This document shows, piece after piece, positions 12,105 to 24,049 of a stretch of 64,000 nt of DNA. Source of the stretch: Lampris incognitus (lineage: Eukaryota); the NCBI RefSeq assembly GCF_029633865.1, contig NC_079220.1, forward strand, positions 16,786,216-16,850,215, in the 5' to 3' direction. The notes beneath the pieces were generated by a model. The model made no database searches and was not told the origin of the DNA. It saw only the letters and a list, made by a program, of their open reading frames with translations. A program made the translations under genes and the position numbers. The stretch's first letter is position 1, and every line of letters starts with the position of its first letter.

Positions 12105-12290
12105 TAAAAATATATGTATATAATCCAGTGATTCAAGTAATTCTTTAATGGACAGGTTGGGAAAGTACTCAACAAATAAGGAGCAAAATAATCTTAAAGT
12201 AATTCTTTAATGGACTGTCCATTAAAGAATTACTTGAATCACTGGATTATTTAGGTCCTTGTTAGTTGAGCACTTTCCCTACCATTGAGT
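12105..12290. repeat. Foldback, MITE-like hairpin (about 90-bp arms)
   Basis: aatccagtgattcaagtaattctttaatggac...gtccattaaagaattacttgaatcactggatt, and ggaaagtactcaac versus ttgagcactttccc. A related half-copy lies at about 53600-53700. Confidence 0.55.
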
Positions 12291-13085
12291 ATGTCATCTA
12301 AAGAAGTTATATGGTCTACTGACATCAATAAGGCAACACATGTTGAGCATGCAGACTACCCGATGACTCGCATTTGAATTTGGCCAACCTATACGATCCT
12401 TTCAGTTTGCTTGTTGACATTTTATTTTACCCAGGCGGCGTCACACGGCGGGTAGGACTGCTAAATAGTTGGTGGGCTCTCTGTATTCTTCTGTTGATGA
12501 TCTCAAAGTTTTCACTGGCCAGAGCTTGATGGGGGAAAAAATTCTATAAATTCTTTGAAATAACCCAAACATCTGTGATACAAGGTAGACTTCGATGTCC
12601 TGTAAAGCATTTTCAACCACAGTTTGGGTTGACAACTCTGGGTGTAGTGACAAAGTCTGTTAGTGAGCCTAGCCAATAGTAAATTAGTCCAAAAAAGTAA
12701 GATTATATTCCAAACTTTTAACATGCTTCTCTCATCTGTGGTTTCCATGACGGTTTTTTCATCTGGGATTTTACATGCCATGCAAATAGCTCCCATATCA
12801 TATCTCACCAGTATGACCTGTCTACCTGTAGTGCAGACAGTATTGCCAGACTGGGTTGACAATTTCTTGACCAGTCATGGCTAACACCAGCCCAAATCCC
12901 GTTGTTACAACATAAACAGAATAAACATATACATTTATTCATTGTAACTCACACAAATCCACAACAAAGACAAACTACTCCATGTCCCCGAGGCTTTTGG
13001 TCCAACTCGCAGCCACAATAAAGTAGCAAATTGTCCCAAAAAGCAGAACCATTGCTCATAGCTGGCTGACTGTGAATTCTCTCTC

Positions 13086-13086
13086 G

Positions 13087-13165
<79 letters not shown>
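13086..13165. repeat. (CA)n microsatellite
   Basis: About 38 CA repeats. Confidence 0.9.
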
Positions 13166-13499
13166 ATACACTTCAACATTTCTCTTCAAGCCACCTTTAA
13201 TATTAACAAAGACATAGCCTTTAAAACCAGTGACAGCAAGCTGCTTATTGACACAGATGATCGAGTTCTTAATTTAAAGTTAATAGCAGCAACTTCTCAC
13301 AGCGGCTCTGGTTTAGGACTCCATTGACATGGTTTAAGACTCCATGTCAAATCTTTTTGTAATACACGTGTGAATAAGTTAATCGTTGTAAATCACATTT
13401 CGGTGGCCTTATTCATACGAAATAGGTAGCGATTGTACAGAAAACGGCTTGTAACAGGTGTCTGAAATTCAGATTTGACCAGAAATGTAAAGTGGCTGT

Positions 13500-13950
13500 T
13501 GCATCTAGAAAAGCGCTATATAAGATGCCTTGAGGTCCCACCACTGGGCCTGTTCTTGGAAGGCCCGTTTAGTAACCCATCTGTGGGTCAAATATGTCTC
13601 ACGAGCATACATCATCATTTCATTATTGGTTTAATTTGATCAGCATCCGCCAAGTTATTACACGACCAGCCCCCTTTTTTAAATTGTCGCGATTTTTCTA
13701 CCTCAACAGCCCAACAGGGCGGACTATCTGCCCAATCTGGCAACCCCAGAAAAAAACAAAAAACCCCTGATAGATCACGTTACTATCCTGTTTCCGGGAT
13801 CCCGACACCTACGCACGCCCAGTCATCGACTCCTGCGGACCGACGGAAGAAGTCTTATGTCAAATAAAAACCAGTCCGAATCAAAACGCGTCTGACCGCG
13901 GACGAGTCTACGACTCCACCGAGCTGCGTACTATCCCCAATAAAAGACAA
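13500..13950 (+). promoter_or_regulatory. Candidate promoter plus non-coding first exon, possibly the mvp 5' UTR (tentative)
   Basis: gctatataag TATA-like box at about 13512. Locally CpG-enriched 13680-13930 in an otherwise CpG-poor region. Consensus donor caag|gtagga at about 13949. No ORF. The first coding exon at 17058 begins directly at an acceptor. Confidence 0.2.
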
Positions 13951-16624
13951 GGTAGGAGAAATGAACGGTGTCTGGGCACAGTGCAAATACCAAGACATTT
14001 TTTTTAATTATTTTTTTTCATGAGCTGTACGCCAGTCTGCTTATAAAACCAGAAATTAAGTTTTTCAGGAAGTGCCGTGTTGTGGAAAAAACATCTGCCT
14101 ATTCTTTTTTGACCAAGTAAACATACGTGGTGTGTCACAAGGCTGGGCAGAGATGACTCACTTTGCCCTCCCTGACTTTGTTTTATTTTTTTTGGAGCAG
14201 TCTTTATTTATAGTTTAAGTAATCTTTTACATCATCAATACTTTAGTTTATACAATCGAAACAGTAGGGTTACAGCTTATGATATAATTACATATATAGA
14301 GAGGCATTAATAAGGTATAGAAATTATATTCACATTTAACAGTTTCTTCATTGTCAGTCACTCGTGGCATCACCTGTTGATAGACAGGTCGACATGTTAA
14401 CATACATCATATATGGAGCTTATCTATCTATTTCAGCAGAGGCAAGGGTGGTGGTCATACTCATGTACAGCACATATTTTCCACACAGTCTTGGGAGTTT
14501 GGATATGACAGGGGCCTATTTAACGTAAAATGTATCTGTTTTTAGTTGTAATTTTGCAGTTATGCTTCCCATAAAATATAATTATTTTACTTTCACCTGA
14601 CTATGGTTTAAACAGACACATATCATTCTCTCAACACTATATACTGTATATATTACACGCCCTGCTGACTTTTAACGCTTTAAAAAAATTTTTTTTTATC
14701 GTGCTTCTACCTGGAGTCATCTCTTCTACTTTTGTTTATCAGCTCTTTAGTTTGCTGTTGATAAACTATGGGTTCTGTCTTTCCTGGTTGAGTCAGCCTC
14801 ATTTGGATGATGCCATTCTGTTATATATATATATTTTCAGTTTTTTAGTTATTTATTCGGCCTCTTTTCTTTATGTTATCATTCCCTCTCCCTTTTTATC
14901 GTAGCATTTCCACTGAATGTAAAATGCATTGCATTGCATTTTAATGTATGAAATATGCTGTATGTAGTTTGATTGATTAATTGATACAGGTAGTCATTGC
15001 GAAATTTTTAGAGGTCTGTTTAGAGAAAGTAGTTGCACCTAAACACACAACAAGACTCCTAATGGTGCTTGGTTTACCACACCCGCTCTGCAGCCTCTTA
15101 AGTGTGATTTCAAAAGGTCCCTTATCATTTTGGATTAGGATTCCCATCTTGAACTGACTTCTGAACCATTAAATCATTAACTGATGCCATCTATGCTGCT
15201 TTATTTGGCTCATCTGAAGTTGTGAAGTCCATCACTTTTGCAAACCTTTGGCATATCATAAAGAATAAACATCTTTCATTTGCATTGAAATGTCATGACA
15301 TATATAAAGGGCAGCCATTTCATGTGCTAAATCTGTATTTTAAGGCGTGAACAAAGATAATGACTCAAGCCCCTGCCCTTCATTTTTCAAGCCTCCACCT
15401 TATCAGGAACAGTTGAGCAATTGTGCCAGAGGTTTTATTGCGCTGCATGTAGGGATTAAAAGTCCAATATGTTTTACAAATGAACTCCAATACTTTACCA
15501 ATTCATGGGTTTTAGCAACTTTATTTTATTAAAGGTCCCAACCCAGCCGTGAATAACAAAAACATATTTAAGTTCGCCCATTAGTCTTAACACCTTTATA
15601 TAAAGTACCATGATCACTAGGAATGTAAAAAATATAGATACACTTGAGTATCGTGCTACTATTTTTCACAATGTTGTATCAATTTTCAAAACCATTGTAT
15701 TGATTCCTAAGATTGTACAGGAAGAATCGTCACAGCAGTGCTACGTCATTGTATTGTTCACATCTCTGACCACGAGATGGCAGGTGTACCATTGTAACAG
15801 GGCTGGACAGAACCAAAACAGCAGGCGATGCCAGTGCCACTCTAGCTATGGCTCCGATTCCTCTGATTTTAGTGTTTGACCATTGTAGTTTCCATTAAAA
15901 TGAGCCTAGTTGACTGTCAGAGGATTTTTGGGTGTGGTAGAAGGTAAGAGAAGCCTGACAGATTGAGACTGATAGACCAGAAAATTTATCATGTAGACAT
16001 TGTACTGTGTCTGTATAATCCTCAGTTTTGTGTTGGTGTGTTTGTTTTTGTGCATGCCTGATGGGAGTGTCTAAGTTTTCCCTCAGTAAAGGAATGTTGT
16101 AAACTAAACAAAGACTTTTTTTGTGGCCAGCACCCTTTATTTGGGTGAAAACTCTACTTTAATCCTTCTGCCTTTGAAACTACAGATCATAGCATTCAAA
16201 ACTGATGGAGTGAATTCCTTGGTTAGCAAAGTGACATCCTAACCAGCGATGGGGATCTTTCACAACTGTCGTTATCTGTGGGGTTCCTCAAGGTCTGACT
16301 TTAGGGCCAGTTTGTTTTTTTCTTTAATTCTTTTCTAACAAACTTCATTTCCCGTTTACTCATTTAGCAGATGCTTTTATCCAAGGCAACTTTCAGAGAG
16401 TCTTTTTTTTTCTACTCACGTTCTTCTTTTTGGGTGGCATGATGGATCTTTTGCCTGACAATAGTAGTTGTGCCAATGCCTGCTGCAATAGCCCCCAGAT
16501 TTTGAATAAGTCAGAATCATCTTTATTGGCCATGTAGGTTTGCACATACATGGAATTTGACTCTGGTTTCGTGGCTCTCTCAATGTATTTAACATAGAGT
16601 AACAACAATACAACACAACAATCT

Positions 16625-16860
16625 TCAGATATACAGTGCATCCGCAAGTATTCACACCCCTTCACTTTCCCCACATTTTGTTATGTTACAGCCTTATTCC
16701 AAAATGGATTAAATTCCTTTTTTTTGCATCAATCTACATACAATACCCCATAATGACAACGTGAAAAAGGTTTTGTAGAAATTTTTGCAAATTTATTAAA
16801 AATAAAAAACTGAAATATTGCATGTACATAAGTATTCACACCCTTTACTCAAATATGTTT
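16625..16860. mobile_element. Tc1-like transposon terminal fragment
   Basis: cagtgcatccgcaagtattcacaccccttcactttccccacattttgttatgttacagccttattccaaaatggattaaat resembles widespread fish Tc1 TIRs. Confidence 0.45.
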
Positions 16861-17057
16861 TCCAGACATGATTTTTGACAATTTGTTTTCACCAATTCAT
16901 TTTCATCTAGGCAAATGTTCTACCACCACAAAATCGATACATATGTGCAATTTTGAGCCTTTATATGATTATCATATGTTCATATTTTTCAAGGTTTGGT
17001 AATATCATTTTTATCATTGGTAGATTAAGCTTCTCCTCTATGTGCTCTTACTTCTAG

Positions 17058-17224
17058 ATGATGTCCATGAAGGGAGGAAACAAGGGGCAGGAGATTGAGG
17101 TGCCAATGGACACATCAATCATCCGTATCCCGCCTCACCATTACATCCATGTTCTGGACCTAAACATCAACATTGCCCGTGTGGAGATTGGACCACTCAC
17201 TTACATACGCCAGGACAATGAAAG
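17058..17224 (+). CDS. mvp: major vault protein, coding exon 1 (the initiator may be the ATG at 17106)
   Basis: Acceptor cttctag|ATGATG. The ORF translates to ..[39 protein letters not shown](R), matching the vertebrate MVP N-terminus (IIRIPPYHYIHVLDQN...TYIRQDNER). Donor AG|gtcaga. Confidence 0.8.
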
Positions 17225-17355
17225 GTCAGAAGTCAGATGAAGGAAATTATGGCTCAAAAATCTTAAGTTGTAGAGTACATTAACATTCATTGCAAAGTAA
17301 AGTTCAAATGGTGTTAAGTGGCCATTTGCTGACATATTCAAATTAATATGTTTTG

Positions 17356-17795
17356 GGGCGTCCGGGTAGTGTAGCGGTCTATTCTGTTGCCTACCAACAC
17401 AGGGATTGCAAGTTCGAATCCCTGTGTTACCCCCTGCTTGGTCGGGCGCCCCTACAGACACAATTGGCCATGTCTGTGAGTGGGAGGCTGGATGTGGGTA
17501 TGTGTCCTGGTCGCAGCACTAGCGCCTCCTCTGGTCGGTTGGGGCGCCTGTTCAGGAGGGAGGGGGAACTGGGGGGAGTAGCGTGATCCTCCCACATGCT
17601 ACGTCCCCCTGGCGAAACTCCTCACTGTCAGGTGAAAAGAAGTGGCTGGCGACTCCACATGTATCGGAGGAGGCATGTGGTAGTCTGCAGCCCTCCCCTA
17701 ATCAGCAGAGGGGGTGGAGCAACGACCGGGACAGCTCGGAAGAGTGAGGTAATTGGCTGGGTACAATTGGGGAGAAAAAGGAGGGGGAAAAATGG
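17356..17795 (+). repeat. tRNA-derived SINE family A, full-length copy (mvp intron 1)
   Basis: tRNA-like head ggggcgtccgggtagtgtagcggtc...gttcgaatccc (A and B boxes), conserved body, tail gtaattggctgggtacaattggggagaaaaagg. Confidence 0.75.
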
Positions 17796-18124
17796 TAATA
17801 TGTTTTTTTACTGCAGTATGACCTGTTATAAGTGATGGGCAAAAGAAAAGGGTTGACGCCATAAGGCTAAGGTATCCTTTTATAATCTAGCTAAAGCTGC
17901 AATAAGTTTCACCTCATCAGGTTAGTCAGATTTGGTCATATTTCCTTTGTCTCAGCATGATTCTTAACAGTTATAAAGGCAGAAAGGCCCTTTATGTACT
18001 AGAAGTGTTAAGTAGTACCTCAAAGTGGCTTTAGTTGGATGTTTTTTATTTCTGTGGACATTATCGGAGACAATATGGCTGGTTTTGTGGCGTCTAGAAT
18101 CCACACTATGCAAAAACAGTTCTT

Positions 18125-18565
18125 TTTTTTCGGATTTCCCCCCCCTTTTTTTCTCCCCAATTGTATTTGGCCAACCACCCCACTCCTCCGAGCCATCCCA
18201 TTCGCTGCTCCACCCCCTCTGCCGATCTGTCAAGGGCTGCAGACTACCATATGCCTCCTCTGATACGTGTGGAGTTGCCAGTCACTTCTTTTCACCTGAC
18301 AGGGGGGAGTTTCGCCAGAGGGACGTAGCAAATGGGAGGATCATGCTATTCTCCCCAGTTCCCCGTCCGCCTTGAACGGGCGCCCCGACTGACTAGAGGA
18401 GGGACTAGCGCAGTGACCAGGACATATACCCACATCCGCTTCCCACCCGCAGACACAGCCAATTGTGTCTGTAGGGACGCCCAACCAAGCCGGAGGTAAC
18501 ACGGGGATTCACACTGCCGATCCCTGTGTTGGTACGCAATGGAATAGACCCACTGGCGTAACATA
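18125..18565 (-). repeat. SINE family A, full-length copy inverted relative to 17356-17795
   Basis: Reverse complement of the same head, body and tail; followed by a C-run and (CA) stretch. Confidence 0.75.
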
Positions 18566-19324
18566 TTTATTATGGGCCCTGGTGCAAGCAACCCTTGTAG
18601 ACCCAACCCCCCCCCCCCCCGTCTCTCTCTCACTCACTCACACACACACACCACCACCACTATAGGTGGGTTTAGTAAGTAATTTTAGTAATTTATTTGT
18701 ATAGCACCTTTCACAGATATACAATCACAAAGTGCTTCACAGCATAAAATATAACAAATAAAATAGAAATATCAAAGTCACAGACAAATTTTACACAGAT
18801 TAGTTATTGTAAAGGTCAGTACATCAAAGATTGGCTACACTTCAGAACCACGGAGAGCGGACGCACCACGAACAGAGTTCGGAAACCTAAACAGACGGTC
18901 TCTTAATCAAATCAGTCGACAAGGCAATGAAACAAGTCAGCAAAGCCACTAGGCTGTAATATAGCTAATAGCCTTGTCATTCGACAGTAACAGTGGAGCA
19001 CACATCAGACTCAAAACCTGGTAGATTGCATGGTTTGGCACGCATGCAGCACACATTGCAGCTTTCCTTTTTTTCCTTGCTCTCCTTCCTCTTTTTACAT
19101 CCACTTTTATGTGTGTAACACATGCTTGCTTGCTTGATTTTATTTTTCTAATGTTACTTAGGTAGGCTAGATAGGTAAATGATATTGCGTGCACTAAACA
19201 AGCTATCATCACATGCTCAAAACAGACACGTAACATTGGACTAGGACAATGCATGCAGAAATATTGAGGGCCCCCCCTAGCGACGGGCCCTGGTGCCACT
19301 GCACCGGCTGCACCACCTATATTT

Positions 19325-19365
19325 ACGCCAGTGAATAGACCGCTACACTACCCGGATGCCCCTGG
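19325..19365 (-). repeat. SINE family A head fragment
   Basis: cagtgaatagaccgctacactacccggatgcccc is the reverse of the tRNA-like head. Confidence 0.4.
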
Positions 19366-19857
19366 TAAAGCTAATTGTTTCCAAACTCAGCATGTCACTG
19401 GCAATTAGAATACAGACAAAAACAGATAAAAGCAGGTCAACTTGTTTTTACACCGAGATTGTGCAATAACGGCATAATGAAGACTCATCTTTTCGCCGGC
19501 GTTGTTTTTTTTAACACTGAACCAAACAAAGGTGGCATAATCGTGCCCCGGTGTGTGATTTCACATAACTTGCCAGTATTCTGGAAACAGAGGCACCATG
19601 ACGTGTAACACAACAGCGTCGGTTGTCCCGTGTCCCTTGTACACAGACGTCGATTCGGCTTTGTGACTACCTCCACTGCCAGCTCAATGCCTGAACAACA
19701 CTGACAACAATGAAATATATTATGGGATTGTAAAACATGATTTTCATTGGACTGAATCTTTGGATAGAGTTAGATAAAGCTAAATTAGACAAACATGGTC
19801 ACCACCTGATTTCTCTCGGGTGTTTTAATTTGAATCTTCGCTACTTTTAATTCCCAG

Positions 19858-20053
19858 AGTGCTTTTCCGTCCTGCACGTATGACCATGGTGCCGCCACGC
19901 CACTTCTGTGTGATCATCAACCCTGTTGCCCGTGATGACAACGGTCAGGTGCTCTTCGACCAGTCCGGTCAGGCCAAACTTCGCCATGCTGACCTGGAGA
20001 TTCGGCTGACCCAGGATCCCTTCCCCCTTTACCCCGGAGAGGAGATCCAACAG
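19858..20053 (+). CDS. mvp: major vault protein, coding exon 2
   Basis: ttcccag|AGTGCTT. (R)[65 protein letters not shown]. Donor CAG|gtctgt. Confidence 0.88.
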
Positions 20054-20460
20054 GTCTGTGGCACAGCTGTTGGCTGCGGTCATCTCAGGTTGTGTGACAG
20101 AAAGTTAAAGGATGATTCCGTTTTTTTACAATCTGACCTTATTTTCGTAGTTTTTAAATGTTGATTAAACTTGAGCCAAAATTACAGTAAAACCGGAAGG
20201 ATCCTTTAGTGTTATGGAAGGTCCTTGCCTACAATTTGGGCAAAGAAAGTTAAGAAGTGCTCACTATACCTGCTTAAGTACAACTTAAAATGTGCTCTTG
20301 AGCAAATCTTGATGACAGGATATTTTTCTGATTCTCCTCCTTTTTGTCTCTTTCTCTCTCTCTTTCTCTCTCTCTCTCCTTCTGTGTGTGTGTGTGTGTG
20401 TGTGCGCGTGTGCATTGCTTTCTGTAATGTGATCCATCGATGCCTGTCTCTGTCTCGCAG

Positions 20461-20584
20461 GATGTGACGCCTCTGCAGATAGTGTCTGCAGACACTGCAC
20501 TGCGTCTTCAAGCTTTGCTGGACTTTGAGGAGGAAAACGGGGAGAAGAGGGTGGCCGGAGATGAGTGGCTCTTCGAAGGGCCCG
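20461..20584 (+). CDS. mvp: major vault protein, coding exon 3
   Basis: tctcgcag|[47 protein letters not shown](G). Donor CCCG|gtgtgt. Confidence 0.88.
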
Positions 20585-21094
20585 GTGTGTGGCCGCTCTT
20601 TGAGGCGATTTTAATCTAGCTGCACTGAAATATTTTGTTTCAGCTGTCCTGCAAAACAAACATGGATTCAGATACACAAAACACAAAATACAATCACACA
20701 AACAAACACGCATTAGTAAGTTCACTGGTAAATGGTTTAATTTCATGTAATTCATAAACATTGATGAGAAGGTTTCTCTAAAATGTCCCCAGCCTTTTGC
20801 CACTTGGACACAATTTTTTTTTCTTTTGTTCTTTTTTCTGATTTGAAGCGTTTTGTTTGAGTTTAGTTCCTTCCTTGGTTTCGGTCACTGATTGTGAGTT
20901 CAACTTTCATGGCAACTATTTGTGAGATCATCATTCATGAATTAATCTCTTCATGGTGATGGGGGGGGGAGGCTCTGGTTATCTCCCCCCTAGATTATTA
21001 AAAAGCCTTTATTTACCATGTGGAGGCCCCACTTAGCAGTCCTCAGGGTACAGGGGACAATGCAGGTAGCTGCATACGTAGTTGCATAGAGATA

Positions 21095-21510
21095 AGGTTG
21101 TTAGGGGTGTCCGGGTGGCGTGGCACGGAGATCAACGGTTCGAATCCCCGTGTTACCTCCAGCTTGGTCAGTGGTCCCTACAGACACAATTGGCCGTGTC
21201 TGCAGGTGGGAAACCAGATGTGGGTATGTGTCCTGGTCACTGCACTAGCGCCTCCTCTGGTCGGTCAGGAGCCTGTTCGGGGAAGAGGGGGAACCGGAGG
21301 GAATAGTGTGAGCCTCCCATGCACTACGTCCCCCTGGCGAAACGCCTCACTATCAGGTGAAAAGAAGCGGCTGGTGACTCCACATATATCGGAGGAGGCA
21401 TGTGGTAGGCTGCACCCCTCCCCAGATCGACAGGGGGGGTGGAGCAGCGACCGCGACAGCTTGGAAGAGTGGGGTAATTGGCCAAGTACAATTGGGGAGA
21501 AAAGGGGAAA
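21095..21510 (+). repeat. SINE family A copy (mvp intron 3)
   Basis: ggggtgtccgggtggcgtggcacggagatcaacggttcgaatcccc... through ...gtaattggccaagtacaattggggagaaaagg. Confidence 0.75.
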
Positions 21511-21865
21511 AAATCCAAAAAAAGAAAAGAGACATGGTTGTGTTTGATTAATGGCTGCCATCTTGTCTAACCTTCTTGTCTGAATGGACATATAGAATAT
21601 CACATATGAAAATAATGCATAGAAAAAGACTAGAACAATATAATACAAATATACAAAACTTTGACGATATGAAATTTTAACCCCCTTCCGACCCCCCCCC
21701 CCCACACACACACAAAATAAATCACAAATTATTAAGCTAAAGACCCAACACATTAATGAGAGAGGACTTTTGTCTAAATCTTCATTTAGTCACCAGGAAT
21801 AAAACCAAAAAGGCTCCTTTTGTGATAGACTCTTCATGGTGACCTTTGAACTCTGACCCTGACAG

Positions 21866-21997
21866 GGACCTACATCCCTAGGAAGGAGGTGGTGGTGGTG
21901 GAGACCATTAAAGCCACAGTGATCAGAGAGAACCAAGCCATCCTCCTTAGGGCCCGCAAGGAGGGCATGGACAGAGGAGGGGTCCGCAGAGTCACAG
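21866..21997 (+). CDS. mvp: major vault protein, coding exon 4
   Basis: ccctgacag|GGACC. (G)[43 protein letters not shown]. Donor ACAG|gtgaga. Confidence 0.88.
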
Positions 21998-22089
21998 GTG
22001 AGATGGAAAAGAGTAGAATTTTACTGTCTAAACTGAGCTTAAAGAATTATTTCTTAATTATTTATCTGTCCACCTATGTGTTGTCTCAG

Positions 22090-22184
22090 GCGAAGTGTGG
22101 CAAGTGAGCAAGGTGGGGCCGTATCTGCCTGGAGCCCATGAAGAAGTTCTTGACATCGTCAACGCATTCATTCTAACTGACAAG
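22090..22184 (+). CDS. mvp: major vault protein, coding exon 5
   Basis: tgtctcag|GCGAAG. (G)[31 protein letters not shown]. Donor AAG|gtgact. Confidence 0.85.
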
Positions 22185-22299
22185 GTGACTGCAACCTTTA
22201 CACCTCCCTCTCTCTCTCTCTCTTTCTCTCTCTCTCATAGTCATTGTTCTTTATTGGCATGACAAACTTGACCTTTGTATTGCTACATACACAATTAAC

Positions 22300-24047
22300 T
22301 TATTTCCTTCAGTGGTAAAACAGAATGCTAGAGGATTTGACAGCATTTTTTAAAAGATTAATTTACTTGTTTAAAGTCAATTCAAATAGCATGTCACAAT
22401 TTGATCCCATCAACCATAAAAACTTGGGAGACATTATACAACATCTGAAATCCTCCTCCTTCTGCCTTGATATTTTGCCAACAGGCTTTTTCAAAAATGT
22501 TTCTAATTGCATGTCCTCAGATCTTCTACAAATTGTCAACACGTCTCTTCCCTCAGGTCTTTTCCCACAGGCCCTGAAAACTGTAGTCATCAAGCCACTC
22601 TTAAAAAAGAATAATCTAGAAACTTCACTAATGAACAGTTATAGGCTGATTTCGAACCTCACATTTTTAAGCAAAATCACTGAAAAGGCTGTTTTCCTGT
22701 AGCTCAACAACTTTTTGGCACTAAACAATTGTTTCTATGTCTTCTGGTCTGGATTTCCACCACACTACAGCACAGAGACTGCTCTTGTTAAGGTCTTTAA
22801 TGACATCTGCTTAAATGCAGACAGTGGCAGAATCTCAGTCCTGGTATTATTGGATCTCAGTGCTGCATTTGACACAGTTGATTACAACATATTACTAGAC
22901 CAAATTGGAAAACTGGGTGGAACTTTCTGGCACAGCACTAAACTGGTTTGAATCCTACTTAAAGGACAGGGACTACTTTGTGTCTATAGGTAATTACAAA
23001 TCTGAGTGTACAAAAATGACATGTGGAGTTCCCCAAGGCTCCATTCTGGGACCACTTCTGTTTCACTTCTATATGCTCCCACTCATCCAGATTATGGAAA
23101 ACAACAAAATCTTACCATAATTATGCAGATGACACGCAGATTTACATAACCATATCACCAGGGGACTATAATCCCATACAAGCACTGAGTAAGTGATTTG
23201 AACAAATTAATGATTGGATGTCTCAGAATGTTCTTCAATTAAACAAAGATAAAACTGAAGTATTTGTCTTTGGAGCAAGGGAAGAACGATTAAGAGTCAG
23301 CATTCATCTACAATCGGTAATTTTAAAAACCACGAACTAAGCCAGAAATCTTGGTATGGTCATGGAGTCAGACCTGCATTTAGATAACCACATGAAGACA
23401 TTTATAAAGTCAGCCTACTATCACCTGAAGAATATATCAAGAACTAAAGGATTTATGTCTCAGCAGGATTTGGAAAAATTTGTCCATGCATTTATCTTCA
23501 GTCGACTCTACTACTGTAATGGTGTCTTTGCAGGTCTTTCTAAAAAAGCGATGAAACAGCTGCAGTTGCTTCAGAATGCTGCTGTTCGAGTCCTTACTAC
23601 AGTGGTGCCCAACCCTGCTCCTGGAGAGCTACCATCCTGCCGTTTTTCACTCCAACTCTAATTTAACACACCCGATTCTACTAATTACCTACTGACCAAG
23701 ATCTTGTTTAATTGAATCAGATGTGTTAAAATCAGGGTTAAACCGGCAGGGGGTTAGCTCTCCAGGAGCAGAGTTGGGCACCACTGCCTTACTACAACCA
23801 AAAGAGTGGCTCACATCAATCCAGTCATGAGGTCGCTACACTGGCTTCCTGTCTATCAAAGAACTGATTTTCAAACTCTGCTGTTGGTTTATAAAGCACT
23901 GAGTTGTTTAGGGCCAAAATACATTTCTGATCTACAGCTACACTATGAACCTTCCAGACCGCTCAGATCGTCTAGGGACAGGTCTGTTTCTGTCCCCAGA
24001 GTCAAACCTAAACATGGAGAGGTAGCTTTCAGTTTTTATGCACCATG
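22300..24047 (+). mobile_element. L2-like LINE ORF2 (RT and C-terminal domain) fragment; its 3' tail continues at 25247-25340 after the Tc1-derived insertion
   Basis: RT motifs across frame-shifted ORFs ([57 protein letters not shown]). C-terminal SLHWLPVYQRTDFQTLLLVYKALSCLGPKYISDL...PRVKPKHGEVAFSFYAP is typical of fish L2 elements. Confidence 0.75.
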
Positions 24048-24049
24048 TA

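Noticed and set aside
14000-16600. AT-rich region upstream of mvp searched for genes
   Set aside because: Only short ORFs (60-93 aa) without motifs; no splice-consistent exon chain found. Left unannotated
17357-17440. tRNA-like sequences here and at about 21100, 41925 and 49600 that could be called tRNA genes
   Set aside because: Each is the head of a roughly 430-bp SINE with a conserved non-tRNA body and tail, recurring in both orientations. Acceptor-stem pairing is imperfect. These are SINE promoters, not functional tRNA genes
20285-20803. 172-aa minus-strand ORF
   Set aside because: Runs antisense through mvp exon 3 and a (CT)n/(GT)n microsatellite (HTHTHTHRRREREKEREKE); spurious
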